From Klebsormidium nitens (lineage: Eukaryota > Plantae > Klebsormidiophyceae): a stretch of DNA of 64,000 nucleotides. Positions 12,019-25,012 of this stretch are shown here, in pieces. Made by a program: the position numbers and the translations under genes. How positions within the stretch are numbered: the stretch's first letter is position 1; each line of letters opens with the position of its first letter. Where the stretch lies: the NCBI GenBank assembly GCA_000708835.1, contig DF237276.1:38195-102194 (forward strand), written 5' to 3'. The notes beneath the pieces were generated by a model. It saw nothing but the letters and a program-made list of their open reading frames with translations, was not told the origin of the DNA and searched no databases.

Positions 12019-15000
12019 ATGGTTAAGGGGATGGGCATCCGCGTGGATATTTCCTCTTCCAGGGGGGTGGAAACAGAGGGCAGCTGCTGGGCGAGCATCC
12101 CCCCGGAGCTGCTGAGAGACATTCTGAAGCGTGTCGAAGTGAGCGAAGAGAGCTGGCCTCAGAGGAAATCGGTGGTTGCGTGCGCGGGGGTGTGCAGTAC
12201 TTGGCGGGAGGTCACGAGAGACCTGGTCAGGGGCCCCGAGTCGACTGGGAAGTTGACCTTTCCGGTATCCCTCAAGCAGGTAAGGCTTCTTGTTCTGTCT
12301 TGAAACGGGGTGCACAGGTGTGCTCGCTTTCTGGATACCATGAAGGAATCTGGACCAAAAAATAATCGACTCAGTTCCTTATGAGCCTAACGAGGGGAGG
12401 TCTGTTGTCTTGGTACAACAAGTGAATCATGCGTTCTCATCGGCCAAGCAACAGGTTTCAGTCCATCAGCTTGTGCATTGTGTTCAACCTGCAAGCATGC
12501 AGGTTGTCAGAAAGTCTGGAAAGCTGAGTTCTTCCATTTTAGAGAACATTTTAGTCGCTGTGTCTGGTCATGCAGATGATTTTGCTCTGCGGCTCCTTGT
12601 GCTCATACTGGTCGACCTGGACTTCCCAGTACTTAGACCCCATTCTAGTCTTTAGGGTTTCTTTCCGCTACTCATCTTTGGATCCTAGGGCTTTAGGCTT
12701 GCATGTTGCGGCGCTTGCCCGCTTGATTTCTTTATATGTTGCATACTGTCTGAAAAGATATGACCCTGCTCTTGAATGCTCCTGTCTTGGAGATTCTGGC
12801 ATCTGTGCTACGTTGGTGTCACAACCAATTAGCACTTTTGTAAGCTCTTTCAACGCTTGTTGTATCACCAGCATTCTGTAAGTTGTCGAGCAGCCTGTGT
12901 GAGTTTGTTACACAAGGTATACCTCAAATCAGTCCCATCGGTGCTTAATCTTGTCATTTTGCAATGGATGGTGTCCTTTGGGCCGTGCCAATACTTTCAA
13001 AACCAGATGTTGTAAAGCTCGGTGTTGCCTCGGAGCTTTGAACCGTGATGTGGTGTAAACTTCTCAACTCCTTTTTGCAATCGAATTGTCTGAGGACTGA
13101 AGTAGCATGTATACGTAGCTGAAGAACACATTGGGAAAGGAAAACATGCACCTCACGTTTGTTTTCCGTGAAGAGACACTCTGGTTGGCAAATGTGGGAA
13201 CCCGACCCCGTCTTTTCTTGAGGACGCGTCTGTTCCCCGTGGGGGGGTAATATGATTGTGAAAGGGGCAGCTTTTTTGTGCAAGCAGGAGGTAGCCAATG
13301 TTGCAGAGATAATGTGGGATGGGTTGATCCTGCTCTTCGGGTTGACATCTTAACGTTGCTCTGTGTTTTGTTCAGCACTCTGGTCATGCTGGCCATCGAA
13401 TGTTATAATGCTGCACAGGAACTACCTTGCAAAACCCTATCCTGCTTGTGTGGGGAGGTGAATAACCTGGCTAGTTTCTACAAACTTGTCAGACGACTGG
13501 GCGAGAGCTTCTCGTCGCGTGTGGAGCTATTAGTAGTTTTTGGATGGTCTTCAAATCCCTGCTTCAATGTCCTGAGTTGCTTTTGTTAGTTCAAGTACCA
13601 CGCACAACCGTCGGCGCCTTGGTTTGTCCCACTCAGCGCGTAGGCTGGCAAGAGCGTTTCCTAATCACGCAGTTAGCGGGAGCAAACTGCTCCACAGATG
13701 TGTCACTTGCTGGCTCCGTAGAGGGACTTTTTTTTCGCAAGCCATCTGTTTTGCTGCCACATGTCTCTCCCCTTGCTTTGGGCCTGTTTTTGTGTTTTTG
13801 TGCATCTTGGCTTCGGCAACTTTGGCTTTGGCATTTAGAATGTGGAACTGGAAGGCAGCTTTGTCAATAGGCTTTTCATCGACTGCATTTTCGGTGTTCT
13901 CGCTGCTTTTCACTTGGGGAGGCAATGCTGTGCAATTTGGTTTTGAGATCTGGTTTCAGATATTTAGTGTCACACCCTAAATCTTGGTTGACCCTGAACT
14001 CAGGTGGACTGTTGAACCAATTCCCGCTTATAAATCCACTGTCGATAGCCGTCCTTTGGTCATTGAAGCATCTTCTTGTTGGATCTTGAGCCACCTTCAA
14101 ATCCACTCATGATGCTCCCATTTGATTTAACATGCTCCAAACTGTTTGTCACGTTGATTCCTTACTCAAACCCAATGCTAACCCACCCCTAACCTTTGTT
14201 GCAGCCTGGGTCTCGAGACGCAGCGATACAGTGCTTCATCCGAAGAGATCGGACGACGCACACATACTCGCTATACTTGGGCCTCCCTCCCTGTGAGTCG
14301 TCTTTTTGTGCCAAGTTGATCCCCTTGACAGCATCTGTTACCCGCATAGTTCTGCATCCCCCTTTACAAGCTTCATGGGGTTCGCTGTAGGCGAATCCGA
14401 TTCTGCGGACGTTTATTTTTCTGCAGCAGAGATCAAATGTGAAGTTGATGGGCAAAATGCTACCAGGGGCTGGTGCAAAGGGCATCGCATGGTTAGTTTG
14501 GGGCTTAACCATGGTTAGGCAAGATCACCAAGAATTGGAATCATGCGTGTACTCGTGACTCTACATGGTGTGGCTGAAACATCTTCCCCTGGGGTCTTGG
14601 GGTAATACGTTGATTGGTGTGGGAAAACACCTGATCTATCCACTTGCAAATGTCGGTAGTAACACAATAGAAAGGTTACCACTTTGGATGGCACTGAACT
14701 CCGGTGAAGTGCCTGTGCAACCGTAACTGTTTCTTTGTTGCAGCAAGATCCTCTTACCTAGCATGGCAACTGCATGTGTCTGCAGCAGGACACGATTTCT
14801 GGGGGCTTCGCAAAGCTGGTCCAACTCACGCAGGGTTTTGCAGTCCACATTGTTACCTTCTTCTCGACAACACCTCGACTTCTATTCTGGACCAGCACTC
14901 CGCTGTCTTCCTGACAATCCTGCTTTGGTTTGAGTAAGAAGCTCTGGGGGCATAAAGTGCACCCTTGTGACTCCGCGTGCGTTTCCAAGTATTCAGAATA

Positions 15001-18000
15001 AGGGAAAGTAAAGTACACCCACGGGGGGCGTAAAGTACACCATTTTGACACTGCGCGTTTTGCAGCGTCTGTGGAGGGGGGCAAGTTCCTGCTGGCAGCT
15101 CGCAAGTCGCGCCATGTGCAGAAGACGGACTACGTCATCTCACTCGATGACGAGGACTTCAACAAGGGGAGCATCAACTACATGGGCAAACTCAGGTGAG
15201 GGATAGCAAGCGAGGAACTCTCTGAAGCATTTAAGAGTTGGAAATCCCGTTTGCTCCTTTCAAGACGAACTTCTCCTTCCAAGACGAAAGTTCAATCAGT
15301 AAGCAAGCTCAGGCTGAGACTTGTGGCTTTTGGATGTACAGACATGGTTTTCTGCAAGGATACGCTGGACTTCTGTGCCATGCTTGTTAAGGGAAAATAT
15401 GATCGGTATTCTTCCGCAGGTGCTGCTGAAGTGCAGGGAGCGTTTAGATCGGTGATGTTTGGGGGCAAGAAGTGCATGTACCTTTTGAGGGCCGATGGAA
15501 ACCTTGACAGTGAGAGCGTGTTTGTGACAATCCTCCCCCATGGGGGGAGGAATCTTCAGCCGCATTTGGGTTTTTTGTGAGGATGTCAGACTCGCGCTGC
15601 GTTCGGTTTCCAAACCTTCCCCTCCTTGCCCCGCCCAGGTCCGATGTTCATGCACTATTCATGACATCCACAGCCGTTGCTGTCAAAACATTTTACAAGC
15701 TTGTCTAGCTCAGTTTTGCATTTGCAACCAAACTCTGATCCAAAGCGCAAACCCCGACCTAACCGTAAAACGCAGACGCAAAACGCAAGTTTCCTACCCC
15801 CCAGGTTCAACTTTATGGGCACCAAGTTTACCATCAGGTTTCCATGTCATTATGCTCGAAGAACCCAACAGGTTTTGAGAAGGCCCATATTCTAGACCCT
15901 AACCCCTCTCCGTTTCCCCCAGGTCCAATCTTCTGGGGGCCCATCCACTGCCGTTATGCCCTAACCATCCCGTTTTTCAGACCCTAAACCTTCTCTTTCT
16001 CCCCAGGTCCAACTTTTTTGGCACCAAGTTCAACATCTTTTAAGGCCTGACTGTGCTCTAAAATTCCGCAACCGCGGAGTAGAAGTCTGCCAAGTCCAAA
16101 CCGGAAACCCCGTCCTGACCGCGAACTGCAAACCTCGTTCATTCCAGGTCCAACTTTCTGGGCACCAAGTTTACCATCTTCGACAGCCAGCCCCCGGCCA
16201 ACTGCCCGTCCATCAAGGCCGTCGGGCGCACCTCCTCCGGCAGGGGGTCCAAACAGGTGTCGCCGAAGCCCCCCCCCGGGAGCTTCCCGGTGGCGTCCAT
16301 CTCGTATGAGCTAAACGTGCTCGGGACCAGGGGCCCCCGGCGCATGCAGGCGACGCTGCACTCGGTGCCGAGCTCCGCGCTTGAGCCGGGGGGTTTTGTG
16401 CCATACCCCTGTGAGTTCAATTTCCGTTTTGTTGATTTTTCTAACGCTCAGCTTCAGGCGGAACGAGTTCCTGACCTCGGTATGGGTGCCAAGTTCCGCG
16501 GGGTCCGCTAGGATTCTCGTACTGTACCAGAGTTCTTTTGGTCTATTGGTTCTTTCGGGACGGAAGCCCCAGGATAGTGACTTTTCGCCTCAGCGTCAAT
16601 GTCGAGGCCCCCGTTGGAGCCTGGAAGATCTTCGTACTTTCACTCTCACAAGCCGCGCCCCCCTGTCCTTCCCTTCTCTCCTTGGGTTCTCTGGGCGCCA
16701 AAGCACGAGGTTCAATCTGTTTGTCAAGTAGAGTCTCTTCCTCGGAGCCCGGAGGTCTTGCACCGTGAGGGTGTCTTCTTTTCACCCCATCACTCTCTCT
16801 CTCTCTTCTCCTTGCTTCGCTTTGCGCAGGAGAGTAGTGAGTTATCATTGTCTGCCGTACTATTGTTGAGCTCGTACTGCATCTGAGGGTTCAAGTCCAG
16901 GCGCCTATGCACCCCGCTCACTCGGGCTTTGTTCAGTGGAGATACATGGGTGCTCGTCTTGAGGAGGCTTCCGAGCTGGTGATGACCGTTAATACCCCTC
17001 ACTTTCATGAGATTGATATCTCACGTTTGGTCTTGGTCATCCGTATTCTACCGAATCTCTCGCTCTTCTGCAGTAGAGGTGGACATGCCCTCTTGCTTTT
17101 CGGGGACGTCCGAGCCGGTAGTGGCCGTTAACATCTCTCACTTCAAGAAGGGTAGAGATCCAATGTTTACTAATGTTTACCAATGTGGTTAACACGCTTA
17201 TTCACACCGTGCATCTTGCTCTCTTGCAGTGGAAGTGGACATGCCCTCTCTGTTTGAGGAGACGTCCGAACCAGTGGTGGCCGTTAACACCCCCACTCTC
17301 AATCAGGCGCATTCCCTCCCCTCCCCCCGCCCCTCTTACACCCCCCTGAACCGGTCCATGAAGCACCTCAGTGTGAATACGCCCCCGCCGCCGTCGCCCA
17401 CCGGGATGCTGCCACCTGGCGCGACGGACGTCCCAGATTCGCCTTCGGACAAGGCGCCCCTCGTGTTGCGGAACAAGTGCCCGCGCTGGCACGAACAGCT
17501 GCAGTGCTGGTGCCTCAACTTCAGGGGGCGGGTTACCGTCGCTTCGGTCAAGAATTTCCAGTTAGTGGCGGCAGGGGAGACGGCGGGCGCGGGGCAGGCT
17601 GGCGCGGAGGTGGACAAGGTGGGTTGAGTGAAGTTGGGTTTGTGAAACTCTGGTTAAGGAGTCCAGATCTACGTTTGTATTCTTTGTCAGCATTCCTGAG
17701 CGTGCTTCGGATCCGTTGGCATTCCTGAGCGTGGTTCGAATCTGCAGATGCCAGTAGTGATAATGCAACGGGTCATTTGAAGCACTCCATCTTAACTTAG
17801 GTTGCACATCCCATATTCGGCAATCGTTTTTCAAAGAAGCAGGCGCTTATGTTTTCCAGCAAGGGTTGTAGTGAAAGTTGCAGACAAACCCTCCTTTTTG
17901 CTGCTACACTCACCGTTTTTGCAGTTCAGTCCTCGCTCAACATGCTGATCAATTCTAAGACCGTCTGACTACTGCGCCTGTGCATTCAAACTGTGATTCG

Positions 18001-18167
18001 TTCGGACATCTGATTCCTCCCCTTCTTTGTTTCTGCAGCAAGTTCTTCTCCAATTCGGAAAGGTGGGTAACGACATGTTCACTATGGACTACCGCTACCC
18101 ACTTTCGGCGTTCCAGGCGTTTGCAATCTGCCTCAGCAGTTTTGACACCAAGCTGGCATGCGAGTGA
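12019..18167 (+). CDS. TLP: Tubby-like F-box protein
   Basis: Exons 12019-12279, 14205-14292, 15066-15195, 16148-16410, 17230-17618 and 18039-18167. F-box: [14 protein letters not shown]...[11 protein letters not shown]...[11 protein letters not shown]. Tubby domain: [58 protein letters not shown] and the C-terminal [29 protein letters not shown]. Start codon is uncertain. Confidence 0.95.
15795..17140 (+). repeat. Decayed acceptor plus exon-start copies in Tubby introns
   Basis: ccaggt(t/c)caac/t..tgggcaccaagtt near 15800, 15920 and 16005 precede the true exon at 16148. cagt(a/g)ga.gtggacatgccctct...gacgtccga.cc.gt.gtggccgttaaca near 17070 (and a decayed copy near 16935) precede the true exon at 17230. 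Confidence 0.8.
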
Positions 18168-20408
18168 GGGCTGCTGGTGTACAAGCATAAGCCTCGAGTA
18201 CAAAAGTGTCAATCCTGTACATTTCGGAAGTCTAAACATAGTCGAGGGCAGCTCTTCTTGCATCGCCTGGGCTTGGCGGGGCTTGAAAGGGCAGCCCGAA
18301 CGGGCATACTTTTGGTCGAAGTGCGAAAAAGGCCGTAGAATAGAAAGTTTCAAGGCTCCGCCGTTTAGTCGAGAGTTGGCCTAGTCACTGTAGTCATGGG
18401 CTTTGGCGTTTTGGGTACAGTCGGTGGTTGTGGATACGACGAACTCGGTATCCCAAAACAGTCACGTCGATGTCAGTGTGTCTCGTCAGTCAGACCGGCT
18501 ATTATAGGCGAGCAGCATTAGTAAATGTCCATTGACATAGTTACTGCATACTGAGCTGGCCCTGCAGCCCATGCTTGGCCTCAAAGTTTACACTTGTTCA
18601 GACAGCGTTTGCCGTTCCCTGGCTCACTGTGTAACAATCTTTCGTGTTCAACTTCAGTGGGTGGCATGCGCTAGCTAGCTAGCTCAAAACAACGCCAGCT
18701 AAGTTTCAGTGGAGACTGTATCGAGCTTGCATGTTGCATGCAGTGGGCGGCCCGCACTGCAGTTAATCATGCAAGATCAGGTAACTGGCATGGTGCGTTA
18801 AGTAATTTCGATTTTGAAGTTCACTTGGATGCGGATCAGTCGCCCTATTAACTTAGGGGTAGCTTAACGTACTAGCTAAATTCTCCGAAGTTTGTGCCGG
18901 CTTCTTTTCCGCTTCACCCGGATGCAATGTCAGGCCGCGCCGGTGCTGCCAGTCTTGCGTATTGAACCACATCATATATCTAATTAGTTTGTTATCAAAG
19001 TGACGGTCCCGGTCCGATTGAGCGGAGTTTAACTAGCTAGCAATATGTTCGGGCGGCCAGTACGCTGAATTTCAGGATCAGCTGGCACGTCCAATCGCCG
19101 CGCCGCGCTCAAAATGTCATTTAATTATGGAATGTGATATATGTGTTTCAGTGTATATCCAACCGTCGGCATGGATGGCGGCGCCGGGATTATCGAATCG
19201 ATCGTACTCCTGCTCGATCGTGCAAATAGCTGCGTTTTGTAGTATAAAACTTTCAATACGTTTTCAGATATACGATCAATATCGTATCACTCAAAGATTC
19301 GTGTACCATCATTAGAAGCATCTCAGTGGCCTATACATAAATTAATTTGGCTACAGCGCGTTAGTATTTGAAAAGAGACCATTGCTCCGCAGATCGAGGG
19401 GCCAAAGCGGCGGCCGCCATGTATGACCGTATTGTCGAACTCCATGTATCCGACAATGATGGAGGGATCATGGCAAGGGCTTTTCATCGACTCACATGCT
19501 ATGATTTTTTAAATCGTGGTGCAGCTCATGAATATGGGCGCGGGCCCATGTCATGGCATCGGGCCCACTAGCAGGCTGGCGGCGCTTCAGAAGTAGTCGG
19601 GCCGTCTCAGTGCAGCAATCTGATCCCCCGCCCAGGCTGTCCTGGACTCCGAAAGGCGCCACCGCAAAACTTTATCTAGGCTCTCAATCCCATGCAATTG
19701 CTGCCGCCGGGCCAGTACGTAACCGTCCACATCATGAAGCCACAGCTTTCATGGCACTGGCTTTCTATGAAACCGGCCAGGATGATGCCGTCATATCAGG
19801 CCGGTTCAGATAACGCCACAGATCTTTGAAAAGGGTCAAGCTAACGGTCATGCAAGTCCTGCCCAAATCTAATGATTGGTTGCGTGCAATCTCACTTCAT
19901 GCTCTTGAGCGGATTTGGTACAGGGGTTTCTGCCATGATATGCGGCATGTACACGATTGGATGGTCCCAGTGCGAAAGTACGTGGCACATGCACAGATTG
20001 GTTATGCACAAAGCCGCGCCCGATTCAGGCGGGTACTAAGTGCCATACATGAGGGCGTTAAAAAAGCACATAATTTGCCTGCCAGACATGCTCGTTGCTT
20101 CAGTATATAAGATCTCAGCTCCAACTCAAAACGAACTCAAGCCTGTCTGTGAGATAAGCTCCTCGTTTAATCTCAACAATTAGTACTCTTTAGAGAGGCG
20201 TTGAGAAGGACCATACTCGGAAACGGTCCAGGGCGGCCAAGTAATGTTTCAACGACTTGAAAGCTAAGACTATAGTCATCTTTTACATTGGGAAAGCTTA
20301 TTGAGATGGTATACTGTTTTCAGACTTTTCCATCTCGTGCCGGTAACATACGCGGTTCACAAACGGTACCAACCGAAATTGTTCGACCGGTATCTTTGAT
20401 ATATGACA

Positions 20409-23400
20409 TCACCGCATGTGCTGGCGGTCCCAGTGGCTCGCCGACAAGGGCCTCGCCCGGTCTTCTTCGATCTCCTGCTGCTTCCGCTGCCGCGCCATCT
20501 CATTCCGCAAGGCGACCAACTGCAACGGAACAAAACAATCTTGTTGGATAGCTAGGAAGTTGGAACAATCTTGTTGTCAACGGATCAAATCGTCCGTTCC
20601 GCGAAAGCTAATTGGATATGTGGAGTGAGTTGCTCAAGGATTGGGTTTCACGCGAGAGTAAGCCGACTCAGAGCTCTTCGCCAAGCTCGTGTTCTCCTGT
20701 CCCGCTCTGCCTTCTGCTTTTAATCCCTTGCAATCCAACCTATATACTAAACCGAATCGTCTTGGTTTCAAACGGTCGGAGGGAATCTATTTGTTTTCAA
20801 GATGGGAAACTACATTCTGAATTACAAACTTCGCAAGGGAATGCTCGACCTTTGGAAGGGACTGCTCGGCTTCTGATCATGACCCCACCAACGGAAGCTT
20901 CGTTTCTGAACCACAATGGATGAGGTCGCCTCGCAAAGTCAACGAAGTGAAGTGCTTGGTTACAGGATTTGCGCAAACGGAGAAGCCTAGACTCCTTTTT
21001 CGACGAAGAAGCCTTGACTCCTTCTTCGACCCCGTTTGATCTGACAAATCGACCCCGGTTTGATCTGACAAAACGAACGCTATCGCGACAACTTATCTGC
21101 ACTGATAATCACCAACGCCTTTTCCCTATCTTCTTCTTCTCAGTCCTCCTCTAGCGGGATCATTGCGCGAGAAGAATTGAAACAAGATGCATACAACACT
21201 TCGTCCGCACCTTCTTGTTTTCCTCCATGACCTGTTTGAGGTAGTCCCGCTTCTCGCGCGCTTGCCGCTCCTCCTCGCGCGTCGCGACCTCGTCAGAGAA
21301 CTTGGCGCCGCGCGCCTCCTCGAAAACCGCCATCTCGCGCTCTGCTTCCGCCAATTTCATCTCCTCCTTGAGACGCAGCTGAGCTTCCATCACGCTACGT
21401 ACTTCGGATCTGCAGTCACATATGTGACGCTTAGATATACAAATAATGCGTTGGAAAAAGGGGACATTTTACGTTTGTAGAATGATGCTTGGTGGGTTCT
21501 GCTCCTCCTTGAGACGCAGCTGGGCTTCCATCACGCTACGTACCTTGGATCTGCAGAGTCACATATACGACGTTTAGGGATACACTTGTTCATTTGGAAG
21601 AAGCGGAAACTGTTTGTTCGTAGAATGTTGCTTGGGGGGTTCTGCGCCTCCTTGAACACGCAGCTGAATTTCCATCACGCCGCGCACTTCGGACCTGCGA
21701 AAAGACAAACATCAGTTCATATTTCACAGTGTTCGCTTCGCGAAAAGCGTAGAAACGGATAAAATCATAACATTGGTCGCTTCCGCTTCTCGTTGAAACG
21801 GAGCTGAGCTTCCATCACGCTGCGAATCTGCGCAGAAACAGATAAGTCTGTACAAGGGTCAGATATTGCCGCAAAGAAGCGCAACCCTTTCGATTGTAGC
21901 ATGAGAGTGGGTGGGTAAGGTCCGCTCCTCCTTGAGGCGCAGCTGTGCTTCACGCTGCGCACCTTGCACCCGGAAAAAGGAAGGGGGGAAAAGATGTAAC
22001 TATGTAAGCATATCAAGAAAGTTGCTTCAAGAGAAGCAAGGAACCAAGGAGTGTCGAGAATAACAGGATACTATACGTGTAAAATCCGGTCCTCCTTGAC
22101 ATCCGGCTGGGCTTCTATCACGCTGCGCCACTCGGACCGGGCTCGGACCATACTCGGATCCTGGGAATCCTGCTTTGCGGAACCACGTGGGCGGTTTCCG
22201 TTTGGCTTGAAGCCCCCTTGCTTGCGGCTGATAGCAGAGGACAGGAAACTTTTGAGCTGTGGCAGTTACTCTCGACTTCGACGCACGATTCACGTAGAGA
22301 GTACGTTTGCTGCGTCGTGAGAAGCCCGCTCCTATTCAGACCTAAGTTTTCAAAGCTCGGGTAATTCACCAGCAAACAAGAGCATGTCTCTCGGACTCCA
22401 CTTTTCGGACCCATCACAAGCGACTCGACGTCCAGTTTCCTTCGAAAGCAAAGTTAGGACCTGTGAATTTAGCAAAAGGTTGCTGAATGGAAAGAAACGC
22501 TGCCAACCCGTAGCCCCGTATCCCCGTCAACAACAGCTAGATAAGATCTCGTATTGAAATGCGGCTTTGTCTTCCGCAACCACCTGCGTCACTAATCTCA
22601 CAACAGTTGCAGAGAGGACTCACTGTTTCAAGAATTTGTCGTCCTTTTCGGGCGCGATGGACTTGCGCAGCTCGCTCTCGACGATCCGGTACTTCTCGCT
22701 CTTGGCCTTCAGCGCTGCCACGTGGGCATCGTGCTCCTTGTCGATGTTCTGCACGACATCCAGATTCCATCCTTTTTGGACACAGGATTAATACCAAGGA
22801 GACACAGATTTGTCAAGCAGACGGGATTTTGTATTTTCCAAAAATCAAAACAGCTCCTCTTCTGATGCAGAAACTTTTGGTCCGTCCAGAATATGCCTCA
22901 GTTGTGCGTTGATCAAGAGTCCTTCCCCCATGCAGGCTGCGTAACATCAAAAAGGTCATCCGTGCTTCTTGTGACTAGAAGGAGCTGGTAAGTAATCACA
23001 GGTGGCTGTACCTCTGCGTTCTTGTCAGCACCTACGGTTGACTTTAAAAGCTGGTCAATACCAGGCTCGTCTACTCTCAATGGAACGGGCTTTAGCTCTC
23101 TATAAAAACTCTATGGCTCAGGGATGTCTCGGAAAAACTTGAGAAACATCGTCATCAGCTGATGCTTTCAAAGTGATGTTGGGGCTGAGCTCTTGTGGGC
23201 TCGTATGAGCTGTTTTCAGCACAAGTGCAAGGGTTTGCACATGCAGAACAAAATGCTGTAAATAAGCCATCCTTTCCACTCAAAGCTGTTCCGAATCGAG
23301 CTCATAAGAACCTTTTATTCTCCTGTTCTCTTCAATATAGCGGGAGGCCATAAAAGTGGGGCGATAGGAAGAGGTAAGGCTTAGCCTCTGTTGAAGAAAG

Positions 23401-23615
23401 CCCTCTCAAAAGTACTTGGCAGTGATTGGACACACATTGAGGCGTAAAGAGGCCACTCTGTGTATCACCAAGCATTTTAAAAAAAGAGAGCATAAGTAGT
23501 CGCTGTTCTGGAACAGGCAGCAATGATGACGTCAGTGCGATCTCACCTGCTGGTTAGTCTGCGATTGGGGCCGCTTTGGCCGCAGCAAAATGCTCTGCCG
23601 CGCGCTGCTCGTCAT
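20409..23615 (-). CDS. Small coiled-coil protein of unknown function (possibly flagellar-associated)
   Basis: Exons ~22627-22770, 21211-21409 and 20409-20519 splice in frame: ...LDVVQNIDKEHDAHVAALKAKSEKY...KFLKQ|SEVRSVMEAQLRLKEEMK...QVMEENKK|LVALRNEMARQRKQQEIEEDRARPLSASHWDRQHMR*. Putative first exon 23547-23615 (MTSSARQSILLRPKRPQSQTNQQ); intervening small exons unresolved. The flagellar guess rests only on the E/K/R-rich helical composition. Confidence 0.7.
21500..22140 (-). repeat. Five decayed copies of an acceptor plus exon start in the coiled-coil gene intron
   Basis: Variants of ctccttgagacgcagctgagcttccatcacgctacg...ctgcag near 21500, 21645, 21790, 21925 and 22090. Confidence 0.85.
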
Positions 23616-25012
23616 GTTGAAATCCTTTTACTTTTGCCTTCAGCGAGTAGATAGTCTTGGTGACGTGGCACCAAAACCTTCTCTGGCAAGAAAGATGTTC
23701 AGCGGGATTGTTCAGCGGGCATGCAGAGTTCTGCGCACGGTCAGCTTTGGCATAGAGATCAAACAGTCACTAGGCTTTTGATAGCCCCAGCAACAAGAAT
23801 AATTGCTCAACGTGGGTTAAAACCCTGCTCCAAAAGTAAAGTGAGCCCTTGAACCCAGCCTTCTTCCTGGCTAGTCAAGAAGGCTGAAGCAGGAAGCTTT
23901 GGCCTACAAACAATCACTCAAATGCGTTGGGCATCGAGGCTGAGAATCTTCCCTTGCTTTGAAAGAGGAGCACTGATGCAAACGTGAATGCTCTCTCATT
24001 TCAAAGCCGGATGGCATTAATTACAATTCTTTTATCATGCGTATTGCTGGCACCGGTCGCAGCGTGCAACGAGTGCTTGTACATACATCAGCAGATGTCA
24101 ACAATCGCTTCTAGTACCTACTACCTGCTAGTACTATTAGGTACCCAATGGACTCAAGAATGTGCATGTGCAGAGCGTTTGACCGTGCGCTTGGCGCTGC
24201 ACGGTATTCGCGTACGGCGTTCGCACGAAGTTGATACTTATGGTTCAACTTCATCGACGGTGCCCGTACTTCCATACAAGTATCGGACGGCCAGATCTCG
24301 CACACATATATGCGCGCGCCGAGCGGACGGGTCCGAGACCCTAGAACAGGAGCGCACATGCAATTAGGTAGGTATGTATTTTGGAGCACTATTATATCAT
24401 TGGAGTACTATTATATCATACCGTACGTCGAGACAGCTTTCGCAAAGAACTCTTTTGCTAGATTGCATGCGGCGTTCAAGCTCCAGTGCCAGACTTTATG
24501 CGCCAGCGCACTCATAAGCAGTCGCTCTCAGCTCACAGATTGCTCGTATCGAGCTCAGATGGTTTATGGAAGAGCATGACCCGAACTCAGGCTATGTTTC
24601 TTGGTAGCTAGTATCAATTGTCCAACGAGGTCGGCATTAGAGACGCTGTAGAAGGGGGGACTTTTTGAGAAGGCTAGCATGCAGAAGGAGGAACAAGATA
24701 ACAAACTTATCTACCATTTTACCGTGTACATGTGTATGAAGAACAAGTTCGTCCACTAAGCTGCAAACCTGGTTTCCATCAAATCAGAAGCAATGCTGAC
24801 ACAATAGCACCAGGCAACGCTGCAAGCAGACCCTGTAAATTCCACAGCGGTTGAGTTACAGCTCCCCATATCCGCAGCTTGATCCTTTGATCCTTTGATT
24901 CCTTTGATCCACTAATTCAATGCAGTGAGGCTGCTCAGTCTGCATTTCAATGCTTGCATTTCTTTAGCTAGGTAGCCCATCTCAGTTTTGAGCTCGAATA
25001 AGGACCGCCAAA

